Shown: positions 36,218-49,058, counted from the stretch's first letter. The stretch: 64,000 nt of DNA from Neoconidiobolus thromboides FSU 785 (GCA_025603075.1 MU626338.1:1-64000); one strand, 5' to 3'. The notes: a model not told the origin generated them from the sequence alone. Numbers and translations: made by a program.

Positions 36218-38593
36218 AATGGCGATCTACGCTATAGTATATTATTATATGGAAGGATTAAAAGATTCTACTTTTAATACTGATAATAATTTTTTTAATA
36301 ATTGATATATATTCTTAGATTATATAGGCTCTTTTTCCCACACACTCTGATTTCATATAAAAAGCAGTGCAAATCTGTTACTTTTTTGAGTAAGTGACTT
36401 TTTAAAGCTTTACTCTATACATTTGTTTTTTGGTGAATCTAAAAGCTTACATCATTAAAAAAAATAAAAATATGGGCAATCCTTTTGTTACTTGGATGAT
36501 CTTTTTAGAGAAGAAAAGATTGACAATATAAACTTACGAGCTATCAACTGCTAAGAAAAATCTAGTCATTGGAATTTAAATACTTCAAGTTGCCCATTGA
36601 GAAGTGATTTTTTAAACTTAGTTTATGCTTAAGTTGAATTCTAAAATTCATAAGTTTAAAAGATAAATCCATAACAAGTCAATCGAATTGTATATAGTAA
36701 GGATCAGCACTTAGTTTTTCTTAGAAATTTTTGTTGCAAAGTAAAACGAAGGTTCAGGGATGTAAGTATCAACACCCAACCTAAAAAAATAAAAAATTAC
36801 ATTTTAATTCATATTCTATTTTCATAGCATTATTTATAACAATAACGGTGTAGAAGATTAAAAATTAACTTATGATGGAAGTATTGGTTGACTTTGAAAT
36901 TAAAACTTCAATTAAAGTATGAGTAATTTAATATTTATTAAAAACATAATTATTTCACCAATCATAATTACATGTTTTGAGTTTATGGATGTATAAAATA
37001 TATACTTGCTGTGTGAAGTTAAAATAAATGTTGCTTAAAACGTTACTATATAAAACAAATTTTATCTTTTGTAAAAACATTAAATTTTGATTAATAAAGT
37101 TTTGTGTTATTTGTTGCTTATCATAACATAAACAAAGAGCATTTTTCAATTTAAAATTTGAATATTTTCAATAATCTTTTTACATAACAATCATACTTAA
37201 TAACAAAAAACCTAATTCCTCAACTGTTATGTTTCTTCAAAGCTATGTGCTAGATTAAGAAGTTGCTATTTTATACAGGGTATATGTATTTTAGACTAGT
37301 TTTACTAATTTCCGAAAAAACGAATTTAAGCCACATGTTGAAAATTTTCTAAAAATTAAATAAATCAGCACTCTAACATAAAATTAATATAATAAAACTA
37401 CTTTTAATGATCTTCAAGTCAAGACAGACCCTTTTTATGGCACTTCTATGAAACAAAGTAAATTTGCTTATTTTGATGATAACTTTCTAAAAAGTTAATG
37501 AATACTTTTCAATAACGAATTCGCATTTTAAATAATAGATTTTTAAAAATTATATTATCATTTAATTTGGCAATCACTTATTTCAGTCAATGCCAGAGGT
37601 AAATAAAGGTAAATCCAGATTATGTACTAAGAGAAAAGGATAAAATAAAAGCACAATAAGAACTCAATGGCCATAGATAATAAAAATATTTGAATTTTAG
37701 TTGAAACTCCAAGAATTCAAAAGATGAGTTGCTCATTTTAAAACAAACTATTTGAAAAAAGTTCTATTACTTCATAAAAAAGGTATTCACTTTAACATTT
37801 ATTATCTTTGATACAACAAAGTGTTTTGATATTATATAAAAATCCTAACGAAAGTAGTAGGTCCACGGTAAATTAAGAAATATGCTAATTAAATGTAACT
37901 TGCCATTTGCATTTTTATTTACAATAATTTTGTTACTGTCATAGTTGAATATAATGAAATAGAAAACAGTGAAATAAGACTTTCAAAAACATTCAAGTAA
38001 AGTATAGTCTTTGCTCTTCAATTAAGACTCTACAAAACGGCTAAATGTAACTTATTATTGATAGAACGAATGTCAGATTGCATTTGAATAATTTGAATAA
38101 ATATTTAACCTCTTATTATAGTTTATTATAATATTTAGTGTCATAATCTGTAAGAATATATTTCTTTAGAATATTTAAACCAAATAACTCTCAAAACATA
38201 AATTTGTTAAAGAAATACATTTTAATCCATATATAATTTAATCAATATAGGATCTGATAGCACACTCGCAAATTTCTCATTCCGCTGTAAAAAAAGTATG
38301 ATATTGAGTATTTAAAGTCTATAAGTATAAGTTTCTATTAAATAAAGCTCCTTGAATACTTTAAGCTAGACTTCTAGATCTATCTGAGTGTCTTATATTT
38401 AGCTTAAAATCATATTAAATAAAATTAGAAAAGCAGCCTGTTTGGATTATAATCCATAGTTTTAATGTTGGATTTTGAAAATAATAGCCAATCAAAAGCA
38501 AAAGAATAATTTTCAGAAGAGCACAAGGCTTTGAGAGAACTTAAATTCAGATTATATAAAAAAGACAGCTAATTTAAATTAATTTTTAATAAT

Positions 38594-40284
38594 ATGAACG
38601 AAAAAGAAAATTTATTTCAAACTTTAGTTCAAAGGTAAGCTAACTTTTTCAACTCAATTGAATTTAACTAAATAAAAAAGAACGGAAGTATATAAAAAAT
38701 TAGCGAGTTCAAAAATAAACCAAGAGTGGAAATTAAAACTGGATGCATTTTTACAACAGGCTGAACTGTTTAAAGATAATGAGTTTGAGGTAAATAAAAT
38801 AGTGACTATGCAGAAAAGTTCTAAAGAATGATTTAGAGTAAAGCTAACGCTTTATTTAATCAACTAAAACTAGAAGAGATAAATAATAAACAGATAAAGA
38901 TAATAATTAATTTGAAAAAGTTAATTTATAAACTACAAAAATCAAAATTGATAGACCGAGGCACAATTACAAAGGTATTTTACTAAAGCAATCTTAATGA
39001 TAAATGATTTAATATTTTATCTAGGATCAAGGTTTGATAAATCATATTTATTTAAAAATAAAGATTAAAATTAATTAAAAGATGATAATAAAACTGAATC
39101 ATATAAGATTGAGCCATATAGTTTATACTTAAAAACAGGGAATGTAAAGTTATTTTCAAGTATCAATAAGATACCAATCAGTTATGAATTACGTAAGATT
39201 AAACGATTCCTCTAATTTAAGCAGTTACTAACAAGTACTAGCTAATAAAGTACAAAAGTTAAGCTTGTTACCATCTCAAAATAAAAAGGCTGCCCCCTTA
39301 AGTAAAATATTAACAAAGAATCCAGGCTCCCTTAATTTTGATATTAACGATCTCATAGAAGTAAAGAAAGGTAACTGATGGTATTATAATTTATGTTAAT
39401 TTGTTTATATTTTATTTTAGTTTCAGCTATTATGGCTAGTCCTTATAATAGTATCGGACCTTCTTATGACTCTGGAAATAGTTACATAGATGTGAATGAT
39501 ACTAATCTAATTGCAAGTGCACCGAATGGTATTCAATCATAAATTATCCATATTAATTTAATAAACTAATAACTTTTAGATAAAAAAGAAGAATATGACT
39601 TTTTGAAATTAGAAGGGATTGATCCGGACTTTTTATTAAATGGTATTGAACAGCCAATTGAATGCAATGGCGCTATTAAAAAACAGATAAACGATGAAGA
39701 AAATTTTAATATTGACAAGTTGACTCAAATTATTAATGAAAGCTCAATTGATAATATAAAACAAAGCGTACAAAGTATAATACAAGGAAATGAAACGACG
39801 TCCAAAAAAAATAAAATAAGAGATGAAGAAGGCAAAGATTTAATCTCAAGTCTCAAAAGAAAACTAAATGAAAAAGAAATTGAAGGTAAGTATATTCTTT
39901 TAATAAAAATAGTTCAATAATCATATTATTTTAGATAATAAGCTAGAGCCAAATGCTATCTTAGTACAAACGCACAAAATGCTTTCAAAATTGAAAGAAC
40001 TCCAACATATAAGATTAAAATATAAAATAGATCAAGTATCTGAAGAAGAGTATAACTTAGGTATTATTAATAATTTAAAGTAACTATTAAATTTATTAAC
40101 TCTCTTTGAAGCTAAACATTTTAGAACAAAAATAAGTCAATTAGTAGATAAAGTACCACCTAAAGCTTTAGTGCGACCTACTGCGGTTCAGAAAATGATA
40201 CAAAATTTTGTTAGTTTTGATTCTAATTATCAAGGTACGCTTAAAGCTTATCAACCTTATACTTTTTTAGATCATAAAAAGTAA
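38594..40284 (+). CDS. BRD7/BRD9-like protein with a degenerate bromodomain (not recovered as a whole by the ORF track)
   Basis: Spliced product has SPYNSIGPSYDSGNSYIDVNDTNLI (cf. BRD7 GPYSSYAPHYDSTFANISKDDSDLI) and LVQTHKMLSKLKELQHIRL..SEEEYNLAKHFRTKISQLVDKVPPKALVRPTAVQK (cf. BRD7 LDETTRLLRELQEAQNERL..SYREMHLAEQVTNNLKELAQQVTPGDIVSTYGVRK). The model needs a 7-nt micro-exon. Confidence 0.7.
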
Positions 40285-40938
40285 GGATAAATTTTGTTTT
40301 TTACTATTATAAATTAAATTATTTTAGACATTTAATTAAAAATTAATATTTAAAATTGATTTAGTTTGATGGTAAAATTACTACTCTCTTAAATAATAAT
40401 ATTAATAAATTTTTTTATAAACATTATATTATTTTGAGTCAGCTTGAACTCAGCTTTTAGTTAATTTTTCACAGATAAATTAATTAATGTAAACTAACGG
40501 TTAAACTTTTGACTATAAATTAAAGTTTTGAACTTTATTATAAAGGCATAAATTTAATATGATTAATAATAACGAACTAATAAAATTAATAAAAGGAATT
40601 GAGATCCGAAATTAGTTTTATTTGAACATATTTTAAAATTGATAATAATTATCATTTTAATGTTGTATTATAAAAAATAAATAAAACTAGTTTACTCCTG
40701 TTTATTTTAGTCAACGCGATAATTTCAATTTATTTTCGTTTTATTCTTATTACAAATTTCACTATTACTAGCAAAAACAACAAAAAATTAATTTTAAATG
40801 AAGCTCAAATTGTTAAATGTATTGAAGGGTAAATAACGATGCGCATGAAATTGAACCAATCAATTCACATTGTAACTATTAATAAGCTTTTAATCAAACA
40901 ACAGAAAGGGCTGCCTTGGTTAATATAAATAGTCAAAG

Positions 40939-42019
40939 ATGGTAGCAACAAAGATAATCAGAAATTTATTTAAAATGACTAGAAGTCAAAGTAGTTATTA
41001 TAGTAATGTAATAGCTATTCTAAACTAAAAATTAATAAATTAAAAATTAATATTTTTATTCATTAGGTAGCTACAAAGCCTTTTATTAAAATAGTTGAAG
41101 TTGGACCAAGGGATGGTTTACAAAATGAAAAAAAAGTTATACCAACTGAAGTTAAAGTTAATTTAATTAATCAGTTATCAAACACAGGTCTTAAGGCTAT
41201 CGAAGCTACCTCCTTTGTTTCTCCAAAATGGGTGCCACAAGTAATTTCTATTATGTAATATATAGAACAAAGTATTAAAACTGAATTTAGATGGGTGATA
41301 ACTTAGAAGTGATGAAAAAAATAAACAAAAAATCCAATGTAGATTATCCTGTATTAACACCAAATCTCAAAGGTTTACAGAGTGCTATCGAAGCTGGTGC
41401 TAAAGAAGTGGCTATTTTTGGAGCTGCTTCTGAGTCTTTTTCGAAGAAAAACATCAACTGTTCAATTGATGAAAGTTTAGATAGGTTTAAAGAAGTGATG
41501 GAATTGGCTCTTAAAAATAACATTAAAGTTAGAGGGTACGTTTCATGTGTAGTTGGGTGCCCTTATGAAGGTTATATCCAACCAGAAGCTGTAGTCAAAG
41601 TAGCTAAAAAGATGTTAGATATGGGCTGTTATGAGATAAGCTTAGGAGATACCATAGGTGTAGGGACCCCTGGAACATTTAAAAAGCTTCTTGATGTGGT
41701 TACCAAACAAATTCCTATTGAAAAATTAGCTGTTCATTGCCATGATACTTATGGTCAAGCTTTAGCTAATATTCTACTTTCAGTCCAATATGGCATAAGA
41801 GTAGTTGATAGTTCAATCAGTGGATTAGGTGGTTGCCCTTATGCTAAAGGTGCTACCGGGAACGTTGCCACTGAGGATGTCGTTTATATGCTTGAAGGTA
41901 TGAACTACGATACTCAAGTAAACTTACCAGAGCTTATTAAAATAGGAGACTATATTAGTAAAGAACTTGGAAGGCAGCCAGGATCTAAAACTGCTCAAGC
42001 TTTAATTAATAAATTATAG
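40939..42019 (+). CDS. HMGCL: Hydroxymethylglutaryl-CoA lyase, mitochondrial
   Basis: Presequence-like exon 1; [80 protein letters not shown]. Confidence 0.96.
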
Positions 42020-42188
42020 GTTTTGTTTTGAATGAATAGGTTTTCGAATTTATATTTAAACAGTCACTATTTTTAATTTTTTTTTGATATTATTTTGGGC
42101 AAACAATTTAGTAATAAAATTAATTTTGCTCAAATAGTGAGTCTATTTTTTGTAATAATTTAGTTTTAGTTAAGCAGTTTTTTAAAGT

Positions 42189-45100
42189 ATGGAGCAATTA
42201 AACGCAGAGCTTACGCTTGACCCTTTTGATTATAATCTATGGTGTCAATTACTAAGTGAAGCACAAGCAGCTGCCAATGAAGACTTAATACGTAGTACTT
42301 ATGAAAGGGTGCTCGCTGTATTCCCAAACTCTGTAAGTTTTAAATGAACCATTCTTATTCCTATAACTCATTTTTATATTCAAGGTTCAACATTGGTTAG
42401 AATACATTGATTTTGAATTAAAGAATAACCAGTTAACCAAAGCAGAAGCTTTATTTACTCGTTGTACTACATCTCTTTGTTCTTTAGCTATATTCAAGCT
42501 ATACCTTCAGTATATTAGAAGGGCCAATAGTACACGTGAGGGTGTTCCTAAGGGGCCAACAGGACGTAAGATTATAATTCAAGCTTTTGAATTTGTTCTT
42601 CATCGTGCAGGGTATGATCGGGAAGCAGGGCCAGTATGGTTAGAATATATTGCACTCCTCAAAACGAATGAGGTTAGTGAACTTATAAGTTTATTAAAAA
42701 GAGATATTAAATCAATTAAGTATTTAAAGCTTACAAGTTATTTTAGTTTAAGGGCTTTAATATTAAGTTTTTTTGATATTAATGATACTTGTTTAATTAT
42801 TTATTTAAGCTTATTTGTTAAATTGCTTTTGTTTTTTTTAGTCACATAACAGCTGGGAGCAACAGCAATCTATTGAAAAGATTCGAAGAGTTTATCACCA
42901 AGCTGTCTCGATCCCCACCTTATCACTTGATCAAATTTGGAAAGAATATGAATTGTTTGAAAACTCACTTAATCGTGTTGCAGTAAGCTAACTATTAATT
43001 TAAAATATTATCTTTGACATTTATTTAAGGCCAAAAAAATATTAAGTGAACGGTCATCGATTTACAACAACTCTAAGGCGGTTCTTAAGGACTTAAAAAA
43101 TTTCACTGATCAGCTTAAACTTTCACTGAAAACCCCAACGAGGCCACCAATGTGGTCTCCAAATGATATAAAACTGGTAATACTACTGCTTATCTTTGTT
43201 AATTATTTATCTTTGTTGATTAATTATTTATTAATTGAATATACAGGCTGAATTATGGAGAAATTATATTATTTGGGAAAAAACAAACCCACTTGGTTAT
43301 GAATTAGTCGACATGGTTCGTGCTCGTCTTATCTTTGCTTATAATCAAGCAATTATTGCTATGCGCTTCTATCCTGAATTTTGGTAAGTTAAACTAATAT
43401 GATTAGTTTATGGTATTCATTCTTTTCTAGGGTTGATTTTGCAACCTTTTATTTGAGGAATAATAAAAAAAATGAAGCGTTAGCTGTATTCAAAGCTGCC
43501 TCTAAAGCACTTCCAACCAGGTAATTGTTTACATTTTATTTAATATCAATATTGATATCTCTTTTAGCATATTAATCAATGTCACTTATGCTGAGTTTCA
43601 AGAAAAGCAAAAGAGAGAAAGTGAAGCGCATGAGATATATAGAGAACTTATAAATAAATTAACTAAGCAACTTGAAAATATCAAAGAGAGTTATGAAGCC
43701 AAGTTAAAAGAACTAAATGCACCAGATAAGGATGATATATTACTTAAAAGTAGAACAGACGGAGTAGAAATTGATGGTGAAACAAAAGAAATGTTAAGAA
43801 GAAAAGAAAAGGTAAAAGAAAAGCAAAGACTTGAAATAGAAACTTTAAAGGATGAAGATTTGGACAAAATCAAAAGACAAATTACTCTTGTTTGGATCCA
43901 TTATATGAAATCCGCTAGACGTAGTGAGGTAACTTAGTTGATAATATTAATTAGTTAATTAATTAGTTAATTAATTAATTAGGGAGTTAAAGGACTACGT
44001 AAAGTTTTTGGAGAAGCCAGAAAATCAGGCAATGTCACTTATCATCTTTTTGTTGATTCAGGTAATTTTAATTTAGTATTTTATTAAAAAACTAATTAGT
44101 TTATAGCATTAATGGAGTACTACCACCAAGATGATCCAAAAATTCCAGAGAACATTTTTCAATATGGACAGCGGTTTTTTGCTCAAGAACCTGGATATAT
44201 TTCACAATACCTTGATTATTTAATGAAGAAAAAGGATACAAATAGTAATCTTTTTTCATTTTTATTTTATAGTCTTAATATGTATTAGATACTAGAGCAT
44301 TATTTGAAAGAAGTATAGAAAATATACCAAAAGACAAAGCGCTTGAGCTATGGGAAAAAATATCAAGTTATGAAGCAGATTATGGGGATATTTCTAATTT
44401 AGAGAAAATAGAATCACGTATCTTCGGGAGTTACTCATTAAGTAATTGTAATTTTTTGTTTTTTTATTTTATCTAACATAATTTCAATAGTCTCTGCTTC
44501 AAGCCTATATGCTGAAAGGTTAAGTTATTTAGATATAAATGCAGATTCAGAGCTTGGACCTTTAGGTAACTCGATTAATTGGTAAATTATAAATATTTTA
44601 ATTTTACGTTTTAGACAAAGGAATGACCAGCTTAAAACTAGTATCAAATAATCCTGATGAGATTGCTAGTGCTATAGGAGCATCGAAGAAAACTTTATTA
44701 GACTCAGTAATTTCTGAAGAGTTTGTACGTCCAGATTTTAGTAAATGGACTTCCTATAAACCAAATGCTGATGGTACTAGAAATCCTGTTACAATTGCTT
44801 CATCATCTGCAATGCCAGCAGCTCAAACTGTAAACCAAACCAATCCCATACAAGCCACTGCACCTATACCTGTTCCTGCACCTGCACCTGCACCTAGTGC
44901 TACATTAGAGCAAATACCCCCACAGGCGCCTGCTCCTTTGACAAACATGATGGGTGCGCCTCAACTCCCACCTCAACCTCCAGTTATGCCGCAAAACCCT
45001 CCTTTAGATCTTCCACCAGCAGTAGCATACTTTTTATCTCAAATACCCCCACCCAGTGATTTCATGGGTACTCGTTTAATAATATACTATAATATGATTT

Positions 45101-45498
45101 TTACTTATGCTTTTTCAGGTCCTAATATACCTATTGATCGTGTTATAAATATGATTGGAGAAGCAGTTTTGAATATTCCACCAGCACCCGATATGCCAGG
45201 TAACATGAACCCTAACGCACGTATGCCACCAAACTTTCCGAATCAAATGTCACGTCGCCCAGGCCCACCAGGAGGGTTTAGAGTAATGTTTCTTTATATG
45301 TATATTAATTAATTATTAATATTGTTTAAGCCAAATCAAGGTTTTAGAAATGATCATATGAAACGTATGCAACCTTCACCCCATACTGGGTTTCCAATGT
45401 CTTCAGAAGATCAAAGTAAATATGCCTTATTTGTTTATACTATATATTCATATTTTCTAGATTTTCATCATATGCAAAAGAGAAATCGACAAATGTGA
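42189..45498 (+). CDS. RNA14: mRNA 3'-end processing factor RNA14/CstF-77 (HAT repeats), about 15 exons
   Basis: RSTYERVLAVFPNSVQHWLEYIDFE, IIQAFEFVLHRAGYDREAGPVWLEYI, IRRVYHQAVSIP, LWRNYIIWEKTNPL, RLIFAYNQAIIAMRFYPEFW, VWIHYMKSARRSEG..LRKVFGEAR, TRALFER, and a Pro-rich C-terminus. Confidence 0.93.
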
Positions 45499-46065
45499 AG
45501 AGAGAGAAGATATCGAAAGGATGGCAATATTTTTATATCATCAACATTGACCGAATGCAAAAAAAGCATTTTTAGTTTTCTTTAATCTGTTTTTAATAAA
45601 GCTATAAATTGTTTTTTATTTTTATTTTTATTTTATGATATCTTGTTATTTTAAAGGCTTACAATGGTTATAAATTTTTTTATCATAACGGTATACTTCA
45701 TTGTTATATTATTTTAAAAATAGACTAATTGTTCGTTTTTCTATCCTTGCCATTTCCTTATCTTGAATATTATTTGAAAATACTAAGTTTATGCTTTCTA
45801 AGATCTAAAATAATAAATGATAGTTGTAAATCTAAGAACAGTATTTAAATCATTTAATTTAATAAAAATTGTTATAATTTTATTTAAAAATGAAAAATCT
45901 ATTTAATACTCAACTAGTCATTAGTTTCAATAAAAACATTAACACTAATCAAATCTATGTAGTTAAGATAATATACATTATTTAGTATTTGTGAGAACAA
46001 AAAGCCATAAAATTTAATTAAATTTACTTTAAAATAATTTTTTAAATGATTATATAATAAGATAT

Positions 46066-46164
46066 GGGAGTGTTTTTTTTGACTTCATTATTTTTTCCAT
46101 TTTTCAAGCGCTATTTAAGCGGAAAATTTGTTAGTAAAATTCTTAAACACAAAAATACATCCCC
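46066..46164 (+). mobile_element. MITE copy B (99 bp, ATAT TSD)
   Basis: ATAT-GGGAGTGTTTTTTTT ... AAAAATACATCCCC-ATAT. Confidence 0.85.
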
Positions 46165-46199
46165 ATATTGCCATTGTTACTTTTACAATAAACATTAGT

Positions 46200-47020
46200 G
46201 AATAAAACAGAGGTAATTTTCCTCAACTAATATTCAAGTAAAACATCGCTGGTGCTAATTTGAAAACAATAAAATTAATTATAAAATTAACAAAGAAGCC
46301 AAACGTGATATATTAAATCTACAGGAATGTATCCTTTACTCTAGTATTTTCTAGTATTTAGGGTTTACAATTGTAAAAGATAGATAAACAAAATCATATT
46401 ATTATATTAAATTGTACTTATTAGCAATATTTAAAAAGGTGATACAAGAATTAATATAGAGTAGTTTTACTTAACTTTAAAGCTTTATCATAAGATTTTT
46501 GTTCCTCAACAAATCAAATCACTTCTTAATATGTTTACTTACCTGTTATTTATCATCTTCTATTCTGTTACAAATATTTATACCAAAATATCAGCTAATT
46601 TTTTACAATTAAGTACCCATATCTTAAGTAATAAAAGCTTATTAGATTAATAGACCAACTTTCCTTCTTATTATTTATGTTGCTAAAAATTATGTTACTG
46701 TTAAAAAAATCAGCTTTCTAATTATAGAAATAAATTTATTTACAAAGTTACTAATTAAATTTGTAATATTATTATTGGTGTATTTATTGCAACCTTGGAA
46801 TTTTGATATAAAGTTATCTTGTTATATGTTAGCTTAGAAATAGCTATATAAATCATCGATATCTTTCTTGTTTAGCGATATGGTAGAAAGATGAGTTAAC
46901 AAGAATATTGTAGACTATTATTCTGCTCAATTCTTTAGTCGCTATCTTAGTACAATAGGATTGCGTATCCTATAGTTCGGCTAATCTTAGATGTGACAGA
47001 TAATCGAACTAGTAATTAAT
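46200..47020 (+). pseudogene. Possible decayed multi-pass membrane (GPCR-like) gene relic
   Basis: Stop-riddled hydrophobic stretches (IAGANLKTIKLIIKL.., VILLYVSLEIAI*IIDIF.., YNRIAYPIVRLIL) in an order reminiscent of TM1-TM7; weak. Confidence 0.22.
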
Positions 47021-47913
47021 ATTAAATTTTGACCTCTCAGATAAAGATATTTGACTAAACTTATTAATCTCAACTATTAAACTAATAGGTGAATAATAAT
47101 ATATGAAATAGATATTGGAAACCAAGATAACTAAAAGTTTGTATAATTATCATAAGTGTAAATAAGTTCAAAATCAAAATCTAATATTCTATATCATAAA
47201 GTAACTTAAAAACCTTTCTATTTATTCTGATTTATAAATATAGTGCGCTTTTTTATGGTACAGCTTTTCAATGTAACATTAGATAATAAAAAAATGAACA
47301 TGTTATAATTCGTGTTTTTAATGATTTAAAAATTAAAATAATTAATTCAATAGTTTTTGTGTACATGTTTTGTTTGTAGAAGATATTTTTGAAGAACAAA
47401 TAGATAAGAACGAATATTTAGAATATGGCTTAGTGATATAGCCATTAAAATAATGTTAAAATAATGTCAACATAATATTTTTCGTTAACCATAACATTTA
47501 TGAAAAAATCTTACAAATCAATAGGATTAATCTAAAGTAATCTTTTACTTTTACACAAATTGAGAACAAGGCTATAAATAAAAACGAGATTCAGGAATAG
47601 AAGGGATAAATTTGAGGAAATTTGTAATATTTTTTACAAATCTGTCTCTTATCTTAATTTTCGGCTTCTAAATTGAGATTTTCTAATGACGACACCAGTT
47701 TCTTTTTAGTTATTCATAATTCGAACTAATTTATCACGTTTTCACAAATACTCAAATACTCGAAAATTGAAATCAAATACTATTACATCAACTCTAACCA
47801 AAATAATATTATATATTAAATAATATTATTATTGGCTAGTATACAATGAGGATATAGTATAAAAGAAATATTACATTCTATTTTAATAATTTTTTAAATC
47901 ACAATTTAAAAAC

Positions 47914-48891
47914 ATGAGTACTGACAAAATCACTTTCTTATTAAACTGGCAAGCTAATCCATACCATGCTCCAGTATATCTAGCCCAAAAATTAGGTTAT
48001 TTTGCTGAGGAAGGTATCAAAGTTGCTATTTTAGAACCTTCTGATCCATCCGATGTCACTGAGCTTATTGGTTCTGGTAAGGTCGATATGGGTCTTAAAG
48101 CCATGATTCACACCATTGCTGCAAAGGCAAGGGGCTTCCCAGTTACTTCTTTAGGTACTCTACTTGATGAACCATTTACTGGTATCATTCACCTTAAGTC
48201 CAAATCTGGTATCACCGAAGATTTCCAATCTTTACGTGGTAAACGCATTGGTTACGTTGGTGAATTTGGTAAGATCATTATCGATGAACTTACTAAGCAC
48301 TATGGTATGACCCCAGAAGAGTACACTGCTGTCCGAGTTGGAATGAATGTTTCTGATGCTATTAAACGTGGTATCATTGATGCTGGTGTTGGTCTTGAAA
48401 ACGTACAGCAAGTTGAGCTTGAAGAATGGTCTAAAGAACAAGGTCGTGATGCTGATGACGTTGCCATGCTTAGAATTGATGAGTTAGCCGAATTAGGATG
48501 CTGCTGCTTCTGCTCCGTTCTTTACATTGCTAATGATAAATTTATTAAAGAAAATCCAGAAAAGGTAAGAAAATTCATGAATGCTGTTAGTAAGGCTACT
48601 CAATACATGATCAACTCACCACAAAAAGCTTATAATCTCTATACTGAAATCAAACCTATCCTTGGTAATGACTTGAACCGTCAAATTTTCCAACGTTCCC
48701 GTGTCTACTTCTCTAAAACTTTAGAAAATGTACAAAGAGACTGGACTAAGGTTACTAAGTATGCCAAACGTCTTGCTGTAGTTGATGAAGATTTTGTACA
48801 AAATTGTACTAATGAGTTCCTCCCTCTAGTTGGACAATCAGTCAATGCCCCTGAAGATGCTCTCAGTTCAGCTGCTTTATTAGCAAAATAA
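47914..48891 (+). CDS. THI5: HMP-phosphate synthase THI5/NMT1 (thiamine pyrimidine synthesis), intronless
   Basis: [45 protein letters not shown] (PLP-binding Lys, substrate His), [13 protein letters not shown] iron-binding motif. Confidence 0.97.
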   Translation: MSTDKITFLLNWQANPYHAPVYLAQKLGYFAEEGIKVAILEPSDPSDVTELIGSGKVDMGLKAMIHTIAAKARGFPVTSLGTLLDEPFTGIIHLKSKSGITEDFQSLRGKRIGYVGEFGKIIIDELTKHYGMTPEEYTAVRVGMNVSDAIKRGIIDAGVGLENVQQVELEEWSKEQGRDADDVAMLRIDELAELGCCCFCSVLYIANDKFIKENPEKVRKFMNAVSKATQYMINSPQKAYNLYTEIKPILGNDLNRQIFQRSRVYFSKTLENVQRDWTKVTKYAKRLAVVDEDFVQNCTNEFLPLVGQSVNAPEDALSSAALLAK

Positions 48892-48965
48892 CTTAATACT
48901 TAACTTTGAATTGCAATAAAAAAATTAACTTCAAATATTATATTTTTTAATGCATTTAGTCATTT

Positions 48966-49058
48966 GGGGGGGTGTTTTATAGTTTCATCACTTTTTCCTT
49001 TTTTAATTACTATTTGAGTGGAAAAGCTATTAGTAAAACTCTTAAACAATACATCCCC
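48966..49058 (+). mobile_element. MITE copy F (93 bp, ATTT TSD)
   Basis: ATTT-GGGGGGGTGTTTTA ... AATACATCCCC-ATTT; interior collinear with copies A and B. Confidence 0.82.

Noticed and set aside
38880-39310. Cluster of apparent in-frame TAA codons suggesting RIP-like CpA mutation or recoding in the BRD7/9-like gene
   Set aside because: Correct splicing (39032-39081 and 39193-39241, the latter with a TACTAAC branch point) removes them all; TpG sites are not depleted as RIP would predict.
46329-46337. GTATCCTTT, a U12-type 5' splice-site consensus
   Set aside because: It is not at an exon boundary of any supported gene and has no U12 branch point downstream; the introns I traced in supported genes look U2-type.
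47000-47913. TPP riboswitch expected near a fungal NMT1/THI5 gene
   Set aside because: I found no CTGAGA..GAACCTGAT..GCG.AGGGA core or riboswitch-type 5' intron by eye; an Rfam RF00059 scan would be the definitive test.
47914-48891. Horizontal transfer of THI5 (intronless, higher GC)
   Set aside because: The sequence is a typical fungal Thi5/Nmt1, and its codon pattern fits high expression; nothing in the sequence points to a foreign origin.
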